Sequence record: DRR723986_1873
Direction: 5' to 3' (one strand)
Length of the DNA: 55,059 nt
Shown: one piece after another, positions 39,341-48,549 of the stretch
Layout of the letters: every line of letters starts with the position of its first letter
How positions within the stretch are numbered: position 1 is the stretch's first letter
Position numbers and translations under genes: made by a program
The notes under the pieces: generated by a model
Databases searched by the model: none
Told to the model about the DNA's origin: nothing
What the model saw: only the letters and a program-made list of their open reading frames with translations

Positions 39341-40972
39341 CTAAATTTGAATCGGTGTATTCCAGTCGCCGAACACATCGCGGTACACGTCGCCGATCTC
39401 GCCCAGCGTCACCTCCGCTGCCAGTGCTTCCATCATCGCGGGCATGATGTTGGCGTCACCGCGACAGGCCTTGTCCAGGTCTTTGAGCGCCGCCGCGGCA
39501 CCGGCTTCATGCCGGGTGCGCAACACGTCCCTGAGCCGCTCGGTGGCGACGTCGAAGGCGTCATCGGTACCCATAAAACCATCGACCTCGAAGGGGGACT
39601 CGTCGTCACGGGCGGTGGTGACACCGACCACGTGCTGCTCCCCGGATTCCATCGCCATGAACTCCCGGTACTGGTTCTCCGCCGCCTGCGCGTGCAGCCA
39701 GCCGGAGTCGAGAGCGGCAAGGTAGCCACCCTGCTGCTGAATTTCCTCGAAAAACTCCCAGGCTTTCTCCACCAGCTGGGCAGTCAGGGTCTCAACGTAA
39801 AAGGAACCGCCCAGGGGATCGGTCACCCCGCAAATATTGGTTTCTTCCTGCAGAATCTGCTGGATCCGCACCGACATCTGGTGCGCATGCTCCGAGGGAA
39901 TGGACAGGGCTTCGTCATAGCCCGAGACACCCAGCGACTGCACCCCGCCCAGCACCGCACCCATCGCCATGATGGTCCCGCGCACGATGTTGTTGAGCGG
40001 TTGCTGATAGGTCATCTTGGAACCCGCGGTCACGCAGTGAATGCGCAGGTTCGCGGTTTTCGGGTCGGTGATGTCATAGCGCTGGCGCAACAGGTCGCTC
40101 CACATCAGCCGCGCCGCGCGCATCTTGCAGGCTTCCTCGAAGAAATGAATGGAGGCCCGGAAGCTGACCCCGCCGCAACCCTTGGCCGCCCGCTCCAGCG
40201 GCATGGTGCCTCGTCGCTTGATCTCATCAAGGTACTCGACGGCGTTGGCAAACAGGGTACCGAGTTCCTGGTCAGGGGTAAGGCCGGTGTCCGCCGCGTT
40301 GTAGCCGGCGATAGAGACCGGCACCCAGTAAGGGAGGTGCTGGTCGCAGAATTCGATGATGTCGGCATTGAAGCGCAAACCCGCAGCGGTCGGAATCTGC
40401 TGCTTGGTGACACAGCCCAGGTAGGTGAGGTTGAAATCGCTCTGCCCGGTGCCGGCGATCTTCGCCAGGTCGTAGCCGCGCTCTTTGGCCACGGTCCAGT
40501 AGGCTGCCAGGGCAAAGGGCGCATGCTGCACCACCGCCCCGCCCGCATGACCAAAACTGGTGTCCACCGGCAGGCCGTCCATGCAGATGGCGGTATCGCG
40601 CACACTCTGCATGACCGCGCCGGTCAGGCCCACGTCTTCCCTGCGGGACACCACGTCAGGGTGATCCACGTTATAGCAGTGATCAGCCGTGTTGCGGTCA
40701 TGCTCCATGATGAAGCCGGTCTCCCCGTTCTTCAGCAGGAACTTGATGCGTTCGTTCTCGTCTTCGGGCTTGCCGAAACCGCTCAGCTGGAAGATCCGCC
40801 AGGGTTTGCTGCGATAGCCGGTGGGGTGAAATCCGCGGTGATAGGGCGCTTCACCGGGCGCGATCGACGAGCGCTCCCGATGGGCCGGCGGGATGTCTTC
40901 CGCCGTGTAAAAAGACTTGAGTTCGATGCCCGAGGCAGCGTGAACCTGTTCCGGACTTTGCTTATGGCTCAT
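39341..40972 (-). CDS. Divergent B12-dependent acyl-CoA mutase, large (TIM-barrel) subunit
   Basis: PGEAPYHRG, QQPLNNIVR, LGGVQSL, YDEAL, DPLGGSFYVETLT, TLGEI. Substrate-specifying motifs differ from methylmalonyl-CoA mutase. Confidence 0.88.
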   Translation of the reverse strand: MSHKQSPEQVHAASGIELKSFYTAEDIPPAHRERSSIAPGEAPYHRGFHPTGYRSKPWRIFQLSGFGKPEDENERIKFLLKNGETGFIMEHDRNTADHCYNVDHPDVVSRREDVGLTGAVMQSVRDTAICMDGLPVDTSFGHAGGAVVQHAPFALAAYWTVAKERGYDLAKIAGTGQSDFNLTYLGCVTKQQIPTAAGLRFNADIIEFCDQHLPYWVPVSIAGYNAADTGLTPDQELGTLFANAVEYLDEIKRRGTMPLERAAKGCGGVSFRASIHFFEEACKMRAARLMWSDLLRQRYDITDPKTANLRIHCVTAGSKMTYQQPLNNIVRGTIMAMGAVLGGVQSLGVSGYDEALSIPSEHAHQMSVRIQQILQEETNICGVTDPLGGSFYVETLTAQLVEKAWEFFEEIQQQGGYLAALDSGWLHAQAAENQYREFMAMESGEQHVVGVTTARDDESPFEVDGFMGTDDAFDVATERLRDVLRTRHEAGAAAALKDLDKACRGDANIMPAMMEALAAEVTLGEIGDVYRDVFGDWNTPIQI

Positions 40973-41100
40973 GGCGGGACACCCTCGGAATATACTCAGG
41001 TTATATTTTATTTACTCATAGTAGTAACACTTTACTTCACGATATTCAATTGCTAGTCTCAGCGGACTAAACATAATAACTAGCCCGTGAGGAGGCATTC

Positions 41101-42279
41101 ATGTTCTCTTCCAACGCGTCTACGCTTGGACTGACCGCAACCGAACGCGTGCACATGGGTCGGCGTGCCGCCGATGCCCTGGCCGAAGAATGTGAACTGC
41201 TGGGCGCAAAGCGCGTGTTCCTGCTGGTAAGCACCACGCTGCGCACCACCACCGACGAAATCAGCCAGATAGAGCAGGCCCTGGGAGACCGCATTGCAGC
41301 GGTGTTCAATGGCATCGGGGCACACTCGCCACGTACCGATGTACTGAAGGCGATCGCCGCCGCCCGCGAGGTGGACACTGACCTGATCATCACCGTTGGC
41401 GGGGGTTCAGTGACCGATGCCGGCAAGGTCATCGCTCTGGGACTGAAGCACAACATCACCACCCATGAAGGCTTTGAGGGCTACTACGTCTTCGTCAATG
41501 AAGCCGGGGAAACCGTGGTGCCCGAGTTCGAAGGGCCCGACATCCGCGTCATCTGCTGCCCTACTACCTTGTCCGGCGGCGAATTCAACACCATGGGCGG
41601 GGTCACCGACGACCGGATTAACCACAAGCAGGGCTATACCCATCGCATGATGGCGCCGATCGCCATCGTTCTCGACCCGGCACTGACAGTACACACCCCG
41701 GAGTGGCTGTGGACTTCCACCGGTGTACGCTCGGTGGACCACGCGCTGGAAGCGCTGGGTTCGCTGCAATCCAATTACTTCTGCGACGGTATCGCTGACA
41801 GCGCACTGCGCTTCCTTGCCGAGGGCCTGCCTGCGGTCAAGGCCAATCCGGATGACCTGGAGGCCCGACTGCGCTGTCAGGTCGGGGCCTGGCAATCCAT
41901 GGTGCCGATCATCGGCGGAGTGCCCATGGGCGCCAGTCACGCCATCGGCCACGTACTGGGTGGCACGGCGGACGTGCCACACGGCTACTGTTCCTGTGTG
42001 ATGGCACCGGCGGTACTGGCATTCAACAAGCCCGTGAACGCTGACCGACAGCTGCGCATCAGCGCCTGTTTCGGCCAAGCCGATGAAGATGCGAGCACCC
42101 TGGTGGACGCCTTCATCAGTAGCCTGGACATGCCACGCTCCCTGGCTGCGGTGGGCGTGGGTGAAGACCAGCTTGAGCTGATCTCTGAATTCACCATGAA
42201 GGACTTCTGGGCCCGAACCAACCCCCGGACAATCGAGGGACCGGCGGACGTGCGACAGATTCTCGATATGGTGCGCTAG
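41101..42279 (+). CDS. Iron-containing alcohol dehydrogenase / maleylacetate-reductase-like
   Basis: VGGGSVTDAGK, PTTLSGGE, DHALE, SHAIGHVLG, PHG; GAGGAGG RBS. Confidence 0.88.
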   Translation: MFSSNASTLGLTATERVHMGRRAADALAEECELLGAKRVFLLVSTTLRTTTDEISQIEQALGDRIAAVFNGIGAHSPRTDVLKAIAAAREVDTDLIITVGGGSVTDAGKVIALGLKHNITTHEGFEGYYVFVNEAGETVVPEFEGPDIRVICCPTTLSGGEFNTMGGVTDDRINHKQGYTHRMMAPIAIVLDPALTVHTPEWLWTSTGVRSVDHALEALGSLQSNYFCDGIADSALRFLAEGLPAVKANPDDLEARLRCQVGAWQSMVPIIGGVPMGASHAIGHVLGGTADVPHGYCSCVMAPAVLAFNKPVNADRQLRISACFGQADEDASTLVDAFISSLDMPRSLAAVGVGEDQLELISEFTMKDFWARTNPRTIEGPADVRQILDMVR

Positions 42280-42283
42280 CCCA

Positions 42284-42928
42284 ATGGCAACTGCCAGCGC
42301 AACGCCCGAAGCGAGCGGATTGAAAGCGGAGATTTCCGACTTCAAGCGGCGCCGGATCCGCGAGGAAGCCAGCCACCTGTTTTTTGAACTGGGTTACGAA
42401 GGCACGACCATTGATGCAATCGCCCAGCGCCTGAACGTCACCAAGCCCTTCATCTACTCCTACTACAGCAACAAGAGCGAGTTGCTGTACGACATCTGCC
42501 AGACCGGTATCACCCTGTCGCTGGATGCCATGGAACGCGCCTGTGACGGCGACAAGCAACCAAAGGACCGGCTCAAGCAACTGGTCGAGCGCGTCCTGAG
42601 AATCATCTTTGATTACCAGGAATACATCGTGGTCTACGAGCGCGAGGAGAAGAATCTCGAGCCCGGGCAAGCCAGGGAAATCCGTGAGCTGCGCAACCTG
42701 TTCGACCACCGGCTGGCAAGCATTCTCGAGCAGGGCAACGAAGCCGGCGAATTCAGCATCGCCGATCCGGTTATGACCGCAACCACCATCGGCGGCATGA
42801 TCACCTGGGTGGCTTTCTGGTACTCGCCGAAGGGCCGGCGCTCGGAGTACGAAATCATTGCCCACGTGGAGGACATGGTGGACGCCGTGGTAAGGCGCAA
42901 AAGCGCGCGCAAGAGCAAGGTGGCCTGA
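42284..42928 (+). CDS. TetR-family regulator (KstR2-like C-terminus)
   Basis: HTH GYEGTTIDAIAQRLNVTKPFIYSYYSNKSELL; C-terminal GMITWVAFWYSPKG. Confidence 0.9.
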   Translation: MATASATPEASGLKAEISDFKRRRIREEASHLFFELGYEGTTIDAIAQRLNVTKPFIYSYYSNKSELLYDICQTGITLSLDAMERACDGDKQPKDRLKQLVERVLRIIFDYQEYIVVYEREEKNLEPGQAREIRELRNLFDHRLASILEQGNEAGEFSIADPVMTATTIGGMITWVAFWYSPKGRRSEYEIIAHVEDMVDAVVRRKSARKSKVA

Positions 42929-42964
42929 AGCGGGGCGCTCTGCGCAGTACGGGAGATTCGAGAA

Positions 42965-44587
42965 ATGACAACACAATCCTCAACGACAGACCCGAGAATC
43001 CCTGCCCGGGACGCCTGCGTCACCCGCTACCTGCTGGAACGCTGGGCCACGGAACTGCCCGACAAGGAGTTTGCCGTATTCCAGGACGGCGACAGCTGGC
43101 GCTATCCCGATTTGCTGGCAGCGGTGAAAGGCCTGGCCGGAGGCCTGGCCGAGCAGGGCGTGAAGCGCGGCGACCACGTTGCGGTGTGGATGTTCGACTG
43201 CAAGGAGGCCATCCTCACTTTCTTCGCCATCAATTACCTGGGTGCGGTATTCGTCCCGCTGAATACCGCCTTCAAGGGCAAGGTTCTGGAACACGTGCTG
43301 AACGTGTCGGACGCCCGCCTGATGGTCGCTCACGGGCAGCTGCTGGAGCGGCTTGAGGGCATCGACTGCGCGGCGGTGAACAGCCTGGTATCAGTTGGCG
43401 AGAGCACTGCACCGGCGGGTTTTGCCTGCAGCAGCTACAGCGACCTGGCGGCGAGCAATGCCACCCCGCCGGAACTGGACCGACCCATAGAGCCCTGGGA
43501 CACCCAGTCCATTATTTTTACTTCGGGAACGACCGGGCCCTCGAAAGGTGTACTGTCTTCCTACCTGCATATTTTCACTAACGCAGGACCGGAGACCTGG
43601 CACTTCGTGACCGGCGAGGATCGCTTCCTGATCAATATGCCGATCTTCCATATCGGAGGTATGGGTGTCATCTACGTAATGCTGGCGCGTGGCGGCTCGA
43701 TTGCGGTCATGGACGGCTTCGACACCGAGCGCTTCTGGCCTTTTGTACGCGACAGCCAGACCACGGCATTCTTCCTGCTGGGAGTCATGACCACCTTCCT
43801 GCTGAAACAGCCGCCGTCGCCGGACGACAAGGACCACCAGGTGCGGGTGGCCTTCATGGTGCCCTTAACTGAGACCTGCGTGGAGTTCCACGAACGCTTC
43901 GGCATCGATGTCTACACGATTTTCAATATGACCGAGATCTCCTCGCCCATTGTTTCCGAGCCCAACCCGACCAAGCGTGGCACCTGTGGCAAGAAGCGGG
44001 ACGGTGTTGATGTGCGCCTGGTGGATGAAAATGACTGCGAGGTGCCGCTCGGTGAGATCGGCGAGATGCTGGTGCGCACCGATCGCCCCTGGGGTATGAA
44101 CAGCGGCTACTACAAGAACCCGGAAGCAACCGCCGAAGCCTGGCGCAACGGCTGGTTCCATACGGGAGACTGCTTCCGCCAGGATGCCGATGGCTATTAC
44201 TACTTCGTCGACCGGATGAAAGATGCCATGCGCCGGCGCGGCGAGAATATCTCATCATTCGAGGTCGAGGCGGAAGTTGTGGCCTACCCCGCAGTACGGG
44301 AGGCTGCGGCATATGCCGTGCCCAGTGAGGTCGGGGAAGACGAGGTGATGATCGCCGTGGCCCCGGTGGCAGGACAGAACATCGATCAGCGGGCACTGAT
44401 CGAGTTCCTGGGAGAGCGGATGGCCTACTTCATGGTCCCGCGCTACGTCAGGCTGCTCGACGAACTGCCGAAAACTCCCTCCTCCAAGGTAATGAAACAT
44501 GTCTTGCGCAACGAGGGCGTCACCAGTGACACCTGGGACAGGGAACAACACAATATTCGATTCAAACGCGACAAGCTCGCCAACTAA
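42965..44587 (+). CDS. Acyl-CoA ligase (CaiC-like AMP-binding enzyme)
   Basis: IFTSGTTGPSKG, GWFHTGD, DRMKDAMRRRGENISS, LPKTPSSK. Confidence 0.92.
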   Translation: MTTQSSTTDPRIPARDACVTRYLLERWATELPDKEFAVFQDGDSWRYPDLLAAVKGLAGGLAEQGVKRGDHVAVWMFDCKEAILTFFAINYLGAVFVPLNTAFKGKVLEHVLNVSDARLMVAHGQLLERLEGIDCAAVNSLVSVGESTAPAGFACSSYSDLAASNATPPELDRPIEPWDTQSIIFTSGTTGPSKGVLSSYLHIFTNAGPETWHFVTGEDRFLINMPIFHIGGMGVIYVMLARGGSIAVMDGFDTERFWPFVRDSQTTAFFLLGVMTTFLLKQPPSPDDKDHQVRVAFMVPLTETCVEFHERFGIDVYTIFNMTEISSPIVSEPNPTKRGTCGKKRDGVDVRLVDENDCEVPLGEIGEMLVRTDRPWGMNSGYYKNPEATAEAWRNGWFHTGDCFRQDADGYYYFVDRMKDAMRRRGENISSFEVEAEVVAYPAVREAAAYAVPSEVGEDEVMIAVAPVAGQNIDQRALIEFLGERMAYFMVPRYVRLLDELPKTPSSKVMKHVLRNEGVTSDTWDREQHNIRFKRDKLAN

Positions 44588-44627
44588 TAACGATGATGTA
44601 ACAACATCCAAACCGCGAGGAACCACT

Positions 44628-46826
44628 ATGATAACTAGCAAGCGCACCGCCATTTATGCCGGCCTGTTCAGCACCCTGGCCTTAGCTCCCGTCAGCTTTG
44701 CCGCCGAGGGCGTGCTCGAGGAAATCGTCGTAACCGCGACCAAGCGGTCGGTGGCACTCGAAGACCTCGCCGGGGCGGCCAACGTGATCGGCGGGGATGC
44801 CATCCGCCCCGGCGGCATCCAGGATATCCGGGATATGCAGGTAGACATTCCCAACCTGTCCCTCGGCGACCAGTTTGGATTTGCACGGGTATTCATGCGC
44901 GGTATCGGCATGACCAGTATCGACATTGGTGGCGAGGGCGCAGTCGCGTTCCTGCAGGACGGCGCTATCGTGCCGCGTCCGGCGGCCCAGCTGATGGGTA
45001 TGTTCGACCTCGCCCAGGTGGAAGTGCTGCGCGGGCCGCAGGGCACCCTGTACGGCCGGGGCGCGACCGCCGGCGCGATCAACATGGTGACCACCAAGCC
45101 CGGCGACGAGTTCGGCGGTTATGCCAACCTGACCGCCGGCAATTATGGCCTGGTCAACTTCCAGGGCGCGGTGGACGTTCCGATGGGGGATGCCTTCGCC
45201 ATGCGTCTGGCCACCAGCATCGACCAGCGCGATGGCTACGGCGATAACAAGTTCAGCGGTGACGATGTCAACGACCGCGATGCCCAGGCCTATCGCGTGA
45301 CCCTGCAGTACGATAACGGCGGCGCCTTCGACGCCACCCTGTCGGCCCAGTACTACGAGGAAGACGACAACAACTACGCCTTCAACTACTTCGGCCAGTC
45401 AGCCGGCTCAGCCGCTCCAGTACCCTTGGCGGCGCTGATCCTCGGAGGCCAGACCGTCGACATGGTGGGCGGCGGCTTCCACGACATCAACTCCGACCAG
45501 GAGGCGATCAACGAGCGCGATGGCTACCTGGTCAACCTGACCCTCAACTACGATCTCAGCGACAGCATGAGCCTCAGGTCCCTGACCTCGGTACAGCAGA
45601 TGGATCGCTTTCTGCGGGATGACCTGGACTCCACCGACGCCAACCTGTTCGGCCAGAACAACTACACCGAAGAAAGCGACTCCTTCGGCCAGGAATTTAT
45701 CCTGAACTACTCGGCCAGCAACCTGGAAGTGATCGCCGGTTTGATGTACTTCGAGGAAGAGCTGTACGGTGAGGTACGAGTGCCGCTGACCAATATCTGC
45801 TTCCTGCTCGCGCCGGACCTTTGCGGTACCGATATCGGTGACGCCATTAACAGCGGTAACTACCTGCAGGACGGCGACGTGGACATCGAAGCCTGGGGTG
45901 CTTACGCGGAAGCGACCTATAGCTTCAACGACCAGTGGACCCTGATCGCCGGCTTGCGCTACAACTACGAAGAGCGTGACGGCACCGGCTCATTTATCTT
46001 CGATGCAATCCAGCTGAACGTGCCCACCGATGCCAAGGAAGACTGGAGTGATACCACCCCGAGGGTGACGGTCCAGTACCAGCCCAACGACGACATGATG
46101 CTGTACGCAACCTACACGGAGGCCTTCAAGTCAGGGGTAATCAACACCGGCAGCACCAGCCCGCCGCTGGATCCGGAAACGGTTGATGCCTACGAAGTGG
46201 GCATCAAGGGTGGCAACAGCGACGGGTCCTTCAGCTACTCGCTGGCCGCGTTTTACTACGACTACCGTGATCTGCAGATTTCCTTTGTTGATGAGACCAG
46301 CACGGTTTCCACGATCAACGCGGCTGAAGCAGAGAACTATGGCGCCGAACTGGAACTCGACGCCGAGTTGGGCGGCGGTTTCAGCGTCGACTTCTATGCG
46401 ACCTACCTGAGCGCGGAGTACCAGGAGTTCTTCAACGGCGATTATGCCAACGGCTTTGCGATAGCCGACCTGAGCGGCAACACCTTGCCGAATGCCCCGG
46501 AGTACACAGCCAAGCTCGGGGTTACCTGGCAGACCGACCTGGCCAACGGCGTACTCATGGTACGCGGCGAGGCCTACTACCAGGATGATGTCTACTTCAC
46601 CGAGTGGAACCGTTCAGACGCCTACCAGGAGTCCTACGAGCAGTTCAACGCCAGCATAGACTACGTGTTCAACGAGAGCTGGATGGTGAGTGTGTGGGGA
46701 CGCAACCTCAGTGACGAGGAAGTGATTTCCAACAACATCATCACGGCGCCGCTGTACGACTCACTGCGCGTCGGTTCGGTACTGCCACCGCGCACCTACG
46801 GCGCTACGGTCGGCTTCCAGTTCTAG
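44628..46826 (+). CDS. TonB-dependent receptor
   Basis: Signal peptide from ATG 44628, TonB box LEEIVVTATKR, VEVLRGPQGTLYG, C-terminal GFQF. Confidence 0.95.
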   Translation: MITSKRTAIYAGLFSTLALAPVSFAAEGVLEEIVVTATKRSVALEDLAGAANVIGGDAIRPGGIQDIRDMQVDIPNLSLGDQFGFARVFMRGIGMTSIDIGGEGAVAFLQDGAIVPRPAAQLMGMFDLAQVEVLRGPQGTLYGRGATAGAINMVTTKPGDEFGGYANLTAGNYGLVNFQGAVDVPMGDAFAMRLATSIDQRDGYGDNKFSGDDVNDRDAQAYRVTLQYDNGGAFDATLSAQYYEEDDNNYAFNYFGQSAGSAAPVPLAALILGGQTVDMVGGGFHDINSDQEAINERDGYLVNLTLNYDLSDSMSLRSLTSVQQMDRFLRDDLDSTDANLFGQNNYTEESDSFGQEFILNYSASNLEVIAGLMYFEEELYGEVRVPLTNICFLLAPDLCGTDIGDAINSGNYLQDGDVDIEAWGAYAEATYSFNDQWTLIAGLRYNYEERDGTGSFIFDAIQLNVPTDAKEDWSDTTPRVTVQYQPNDDMMLYATYTEAFKSGVINTGSTSPPLDPETVDAYEVGIKGGNSDGSFSYSLAAFYYDYRDLQISFVDETSTVSTINAAEAENYGAELELDAELGGGFSVDFYATYLSAEYQEFFNGDYANGFAIADLSGNTLPNAPEYTAKLGVTWQTDLANGVLMVRGEAYYQDDVYFTEWNRSDAYQESYEQFNASIDYVFNESWMVSVWGRNLSDEEVISNNIITAPLYDSLRVGSVLPPRTYGATVGFQF

Positions 46827-46833
46827 GGCATGC

Positions 46834-46857
46834 GCCCCGACCTTTCGGGGTCGGGGC
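46834..46857 (+). other. Intergenic stem-loop with UUCG tetraloop (no U-tract)
   Basis: GCCCCGACC-T-TTCG-G-GGTCGGGGC between the receptor stop and the P450 start. Confidence 0.7.
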
Positions 46858-46864
46858 AACACGC

Positions 46865-48094
46865 ATGACGCTCACCGACTACCACTTTGATCCAATGGAT
46901 CCCGGGCTACTCCGGGATCCCTACCCTATTTTTCACCACCTGCAACAGGAAGACCCGGTGCACTGGTCGCCCCTGGGCTTCTGGGTGGTCACCCGCTTCG
47001 ACGACGCCCGCCGGGTGCTGATCGACAAGCGCTTCGGCCAGGGCGATTTCGTCAAGAATATACAGCTGTTTTACGGCGACGATTTCGACGTGATGTCGCA
47101 CCCGGCCTATGCCTGGCTGTCACGGGTATTTGTGATGCAGGATCCGCCGGACCATACACGGCTGCGCGGACTTATCGCCAATGCCCTGTCACTGAAGCGC
47201 ATCCGGGCCATGGAGCCCCGCATCCGCGAACTGGCAAAATCGCAGCTGGCGCGCTTCCGCTCGGAAGGTCATAGCAACTTCATCACGGAATATGCCTACC
47301 TGTTCCCAACCCTGGTGATGTGCGACATGCTGGGCATGCGGGATGACGAGTACTCGCCAGAGCTGTTGCTGCAGCTGAACCAGGCGATCGCCGACACATT
47401 CCCGGTGTTTGAGACCCGCGCCCTGGGGCCCGAGGAACTGGCCCTCGCTGACCGGCAGATGACTTTCCTGACCGAGTTCTTCGACGAACTGTTTGACAGT
47501 CGACGGCAACAGCCGCGGGATGACCTCACCACGGCCCTGGTGCAGTCGCGCGACGGCGGCGACACACTGACCCCTGAAGAATTGAGTACCTCGGTAATCG
47601 GCCTGTTCGGGGCCGGCTTCGAGACCACCGCCCACATGATCGGCAACGGCATGTATTGCCTGGGCCAATACCCCGAACAACGCCAACGGCTGGTCGAGGA
47701 TATCGGGCTGGCCGAAAGTGCGGTTGAAGAATTCCTGCGCTTCGAATCGTCCCTGCAGGCCACCTATCGAACCGCCCTGCAGCAGGAGGAAATCGCCGGA
47801 CAGCTTATTGAGCCGGGGCAGCGGATACTGGCGATTGTGGCCGCCGCCAACCGGGATCCCGCCCAGTTTGCCAACCCTGATGACTTTGATATCTCACCCC
47901 GCGAGCAAAAACCGCTGACTTTCGGCGGCGGGATTCACTATTGCGTCGGGGCGGAACTCGCCCGGCTGGAAGGAAGAGTTTTTCTCGAGGAATTGGTCTC
48001 CAACTACCCGGGGTTTGAGGTAGATATCGACAGCGCAAAGCGCCGACCCGCGTTCCTGTTTCGCGGCTTCGAAGCCCTGAAGGTCAGCCTCTAG
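46865..48094 (+). CDS. Cytochrome P450
   Basis: DPPDHTRLR, AGFETT, EEFLR, AANRDP, FGGGIHYCVG. Confidence 0.95.
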   Translation: MTLTDYHFDPMDPGLLRDPYPIFHHLQQEDPVHWSPLGFWVVTRFDDARRVLIDKRFGQGDFVKNIQLFYGDDFDVMSHPAYAWLSRVFVMQDPPDHTRLRGLIANALSLKRIRAMEPRIRELAKSQLARFRSEGHSNFITEYAYLFPTLVMCDMLGMRDDEYSPELLLQLNQAIADTFPVFETRALGPEELALADRQMTFLTEFFDELFDSRRQQPRDDLTTALVQSRDGGDTLTPEELSTSVIGLFGAGFETTAHMIGNGMYCLGQYPEQRQRLVEDIGLAESAVEEFLRFESSLQATYRTALQQEEIAGQLIEPGQRILAIVAAANRDPAQFANPDDFDISPREQKPLTFGGGIHYCVGAELARLEGRVFLEELVSNYPGFEVDIDSAKRRPAFLFRGFEALKVSL

Positions 48095-48108
48095 CGCAAG
48101 CTGACTGA

Positions 48109-48549
48109 CTAGCCAGCCGCTGCCTGGGGCATCTGCAGGAACTCAATAATCAGCGGGTCGCCAGCTTTTTCAAGATAGGCAAAACGCGTACTGGCGTCCC
48201 ATTCCTTATACCAGATCGGCCGGTAGCCGAGCTCCCCCGCTCCGGCCAGGGACTTATCCATATCGTCGGTGCGATAGCGCACGTGGTGCATACCGAAACG
48301 CCCGGCCTGCGCCGCTTCGCCGTGCGGGCTATCGCCTTCCAGCCACTGGATCAATTCAATCTCGGTCGAACCATTCTGGGCAACGGCGATGTGCAAGCTA
48401 CAGTCAGCGGCGGCACCACGAAATTCCGCATCCTGGATAGTGGTCGGCTGCCACAGGGTAAATTCGCCGAACAGCGGCGCGTAGTCCGCCATGGCTCGCT
48501 GTACATCCTCAACGACAAATCCAACCTGGTCGATAAGCGGAAACTGCAT
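48109..48549 (-). CDS. VOC (glyoxalase / methylmalonyl-CoA epimerase-like) family protein
   Basis: IDQVGFVVED, EIELIQ, GMHHV, IIEF metal-site pattern. Confidence 0.8.
   Translation of the reverse strand: MQFPLIDQVGFVVEDVQRAMADYAPLFGEFTLWQPTTIQDAEFRGAAADCSLHIAVAQNGSTEIELIQWLEGDSPHGEAAQAGRFGMHHVRYRTDDMDKSLAGAGELGYRPIWYKEWDASTRFAYLEKAGDPLIIEFLQMPQAAAG

Noticed and set aside
39341-40972. Annotation as ordinary methylmalonyl-CoA mutase
   Set aside because: The carboxylate-binding Tyr/Arg positions do not appear conserved, so no gene symbol was assigned.
39245-41056. 603 aa plus-strand ORF
   Set aside because: Antisense shadow of the mutase large subunit.
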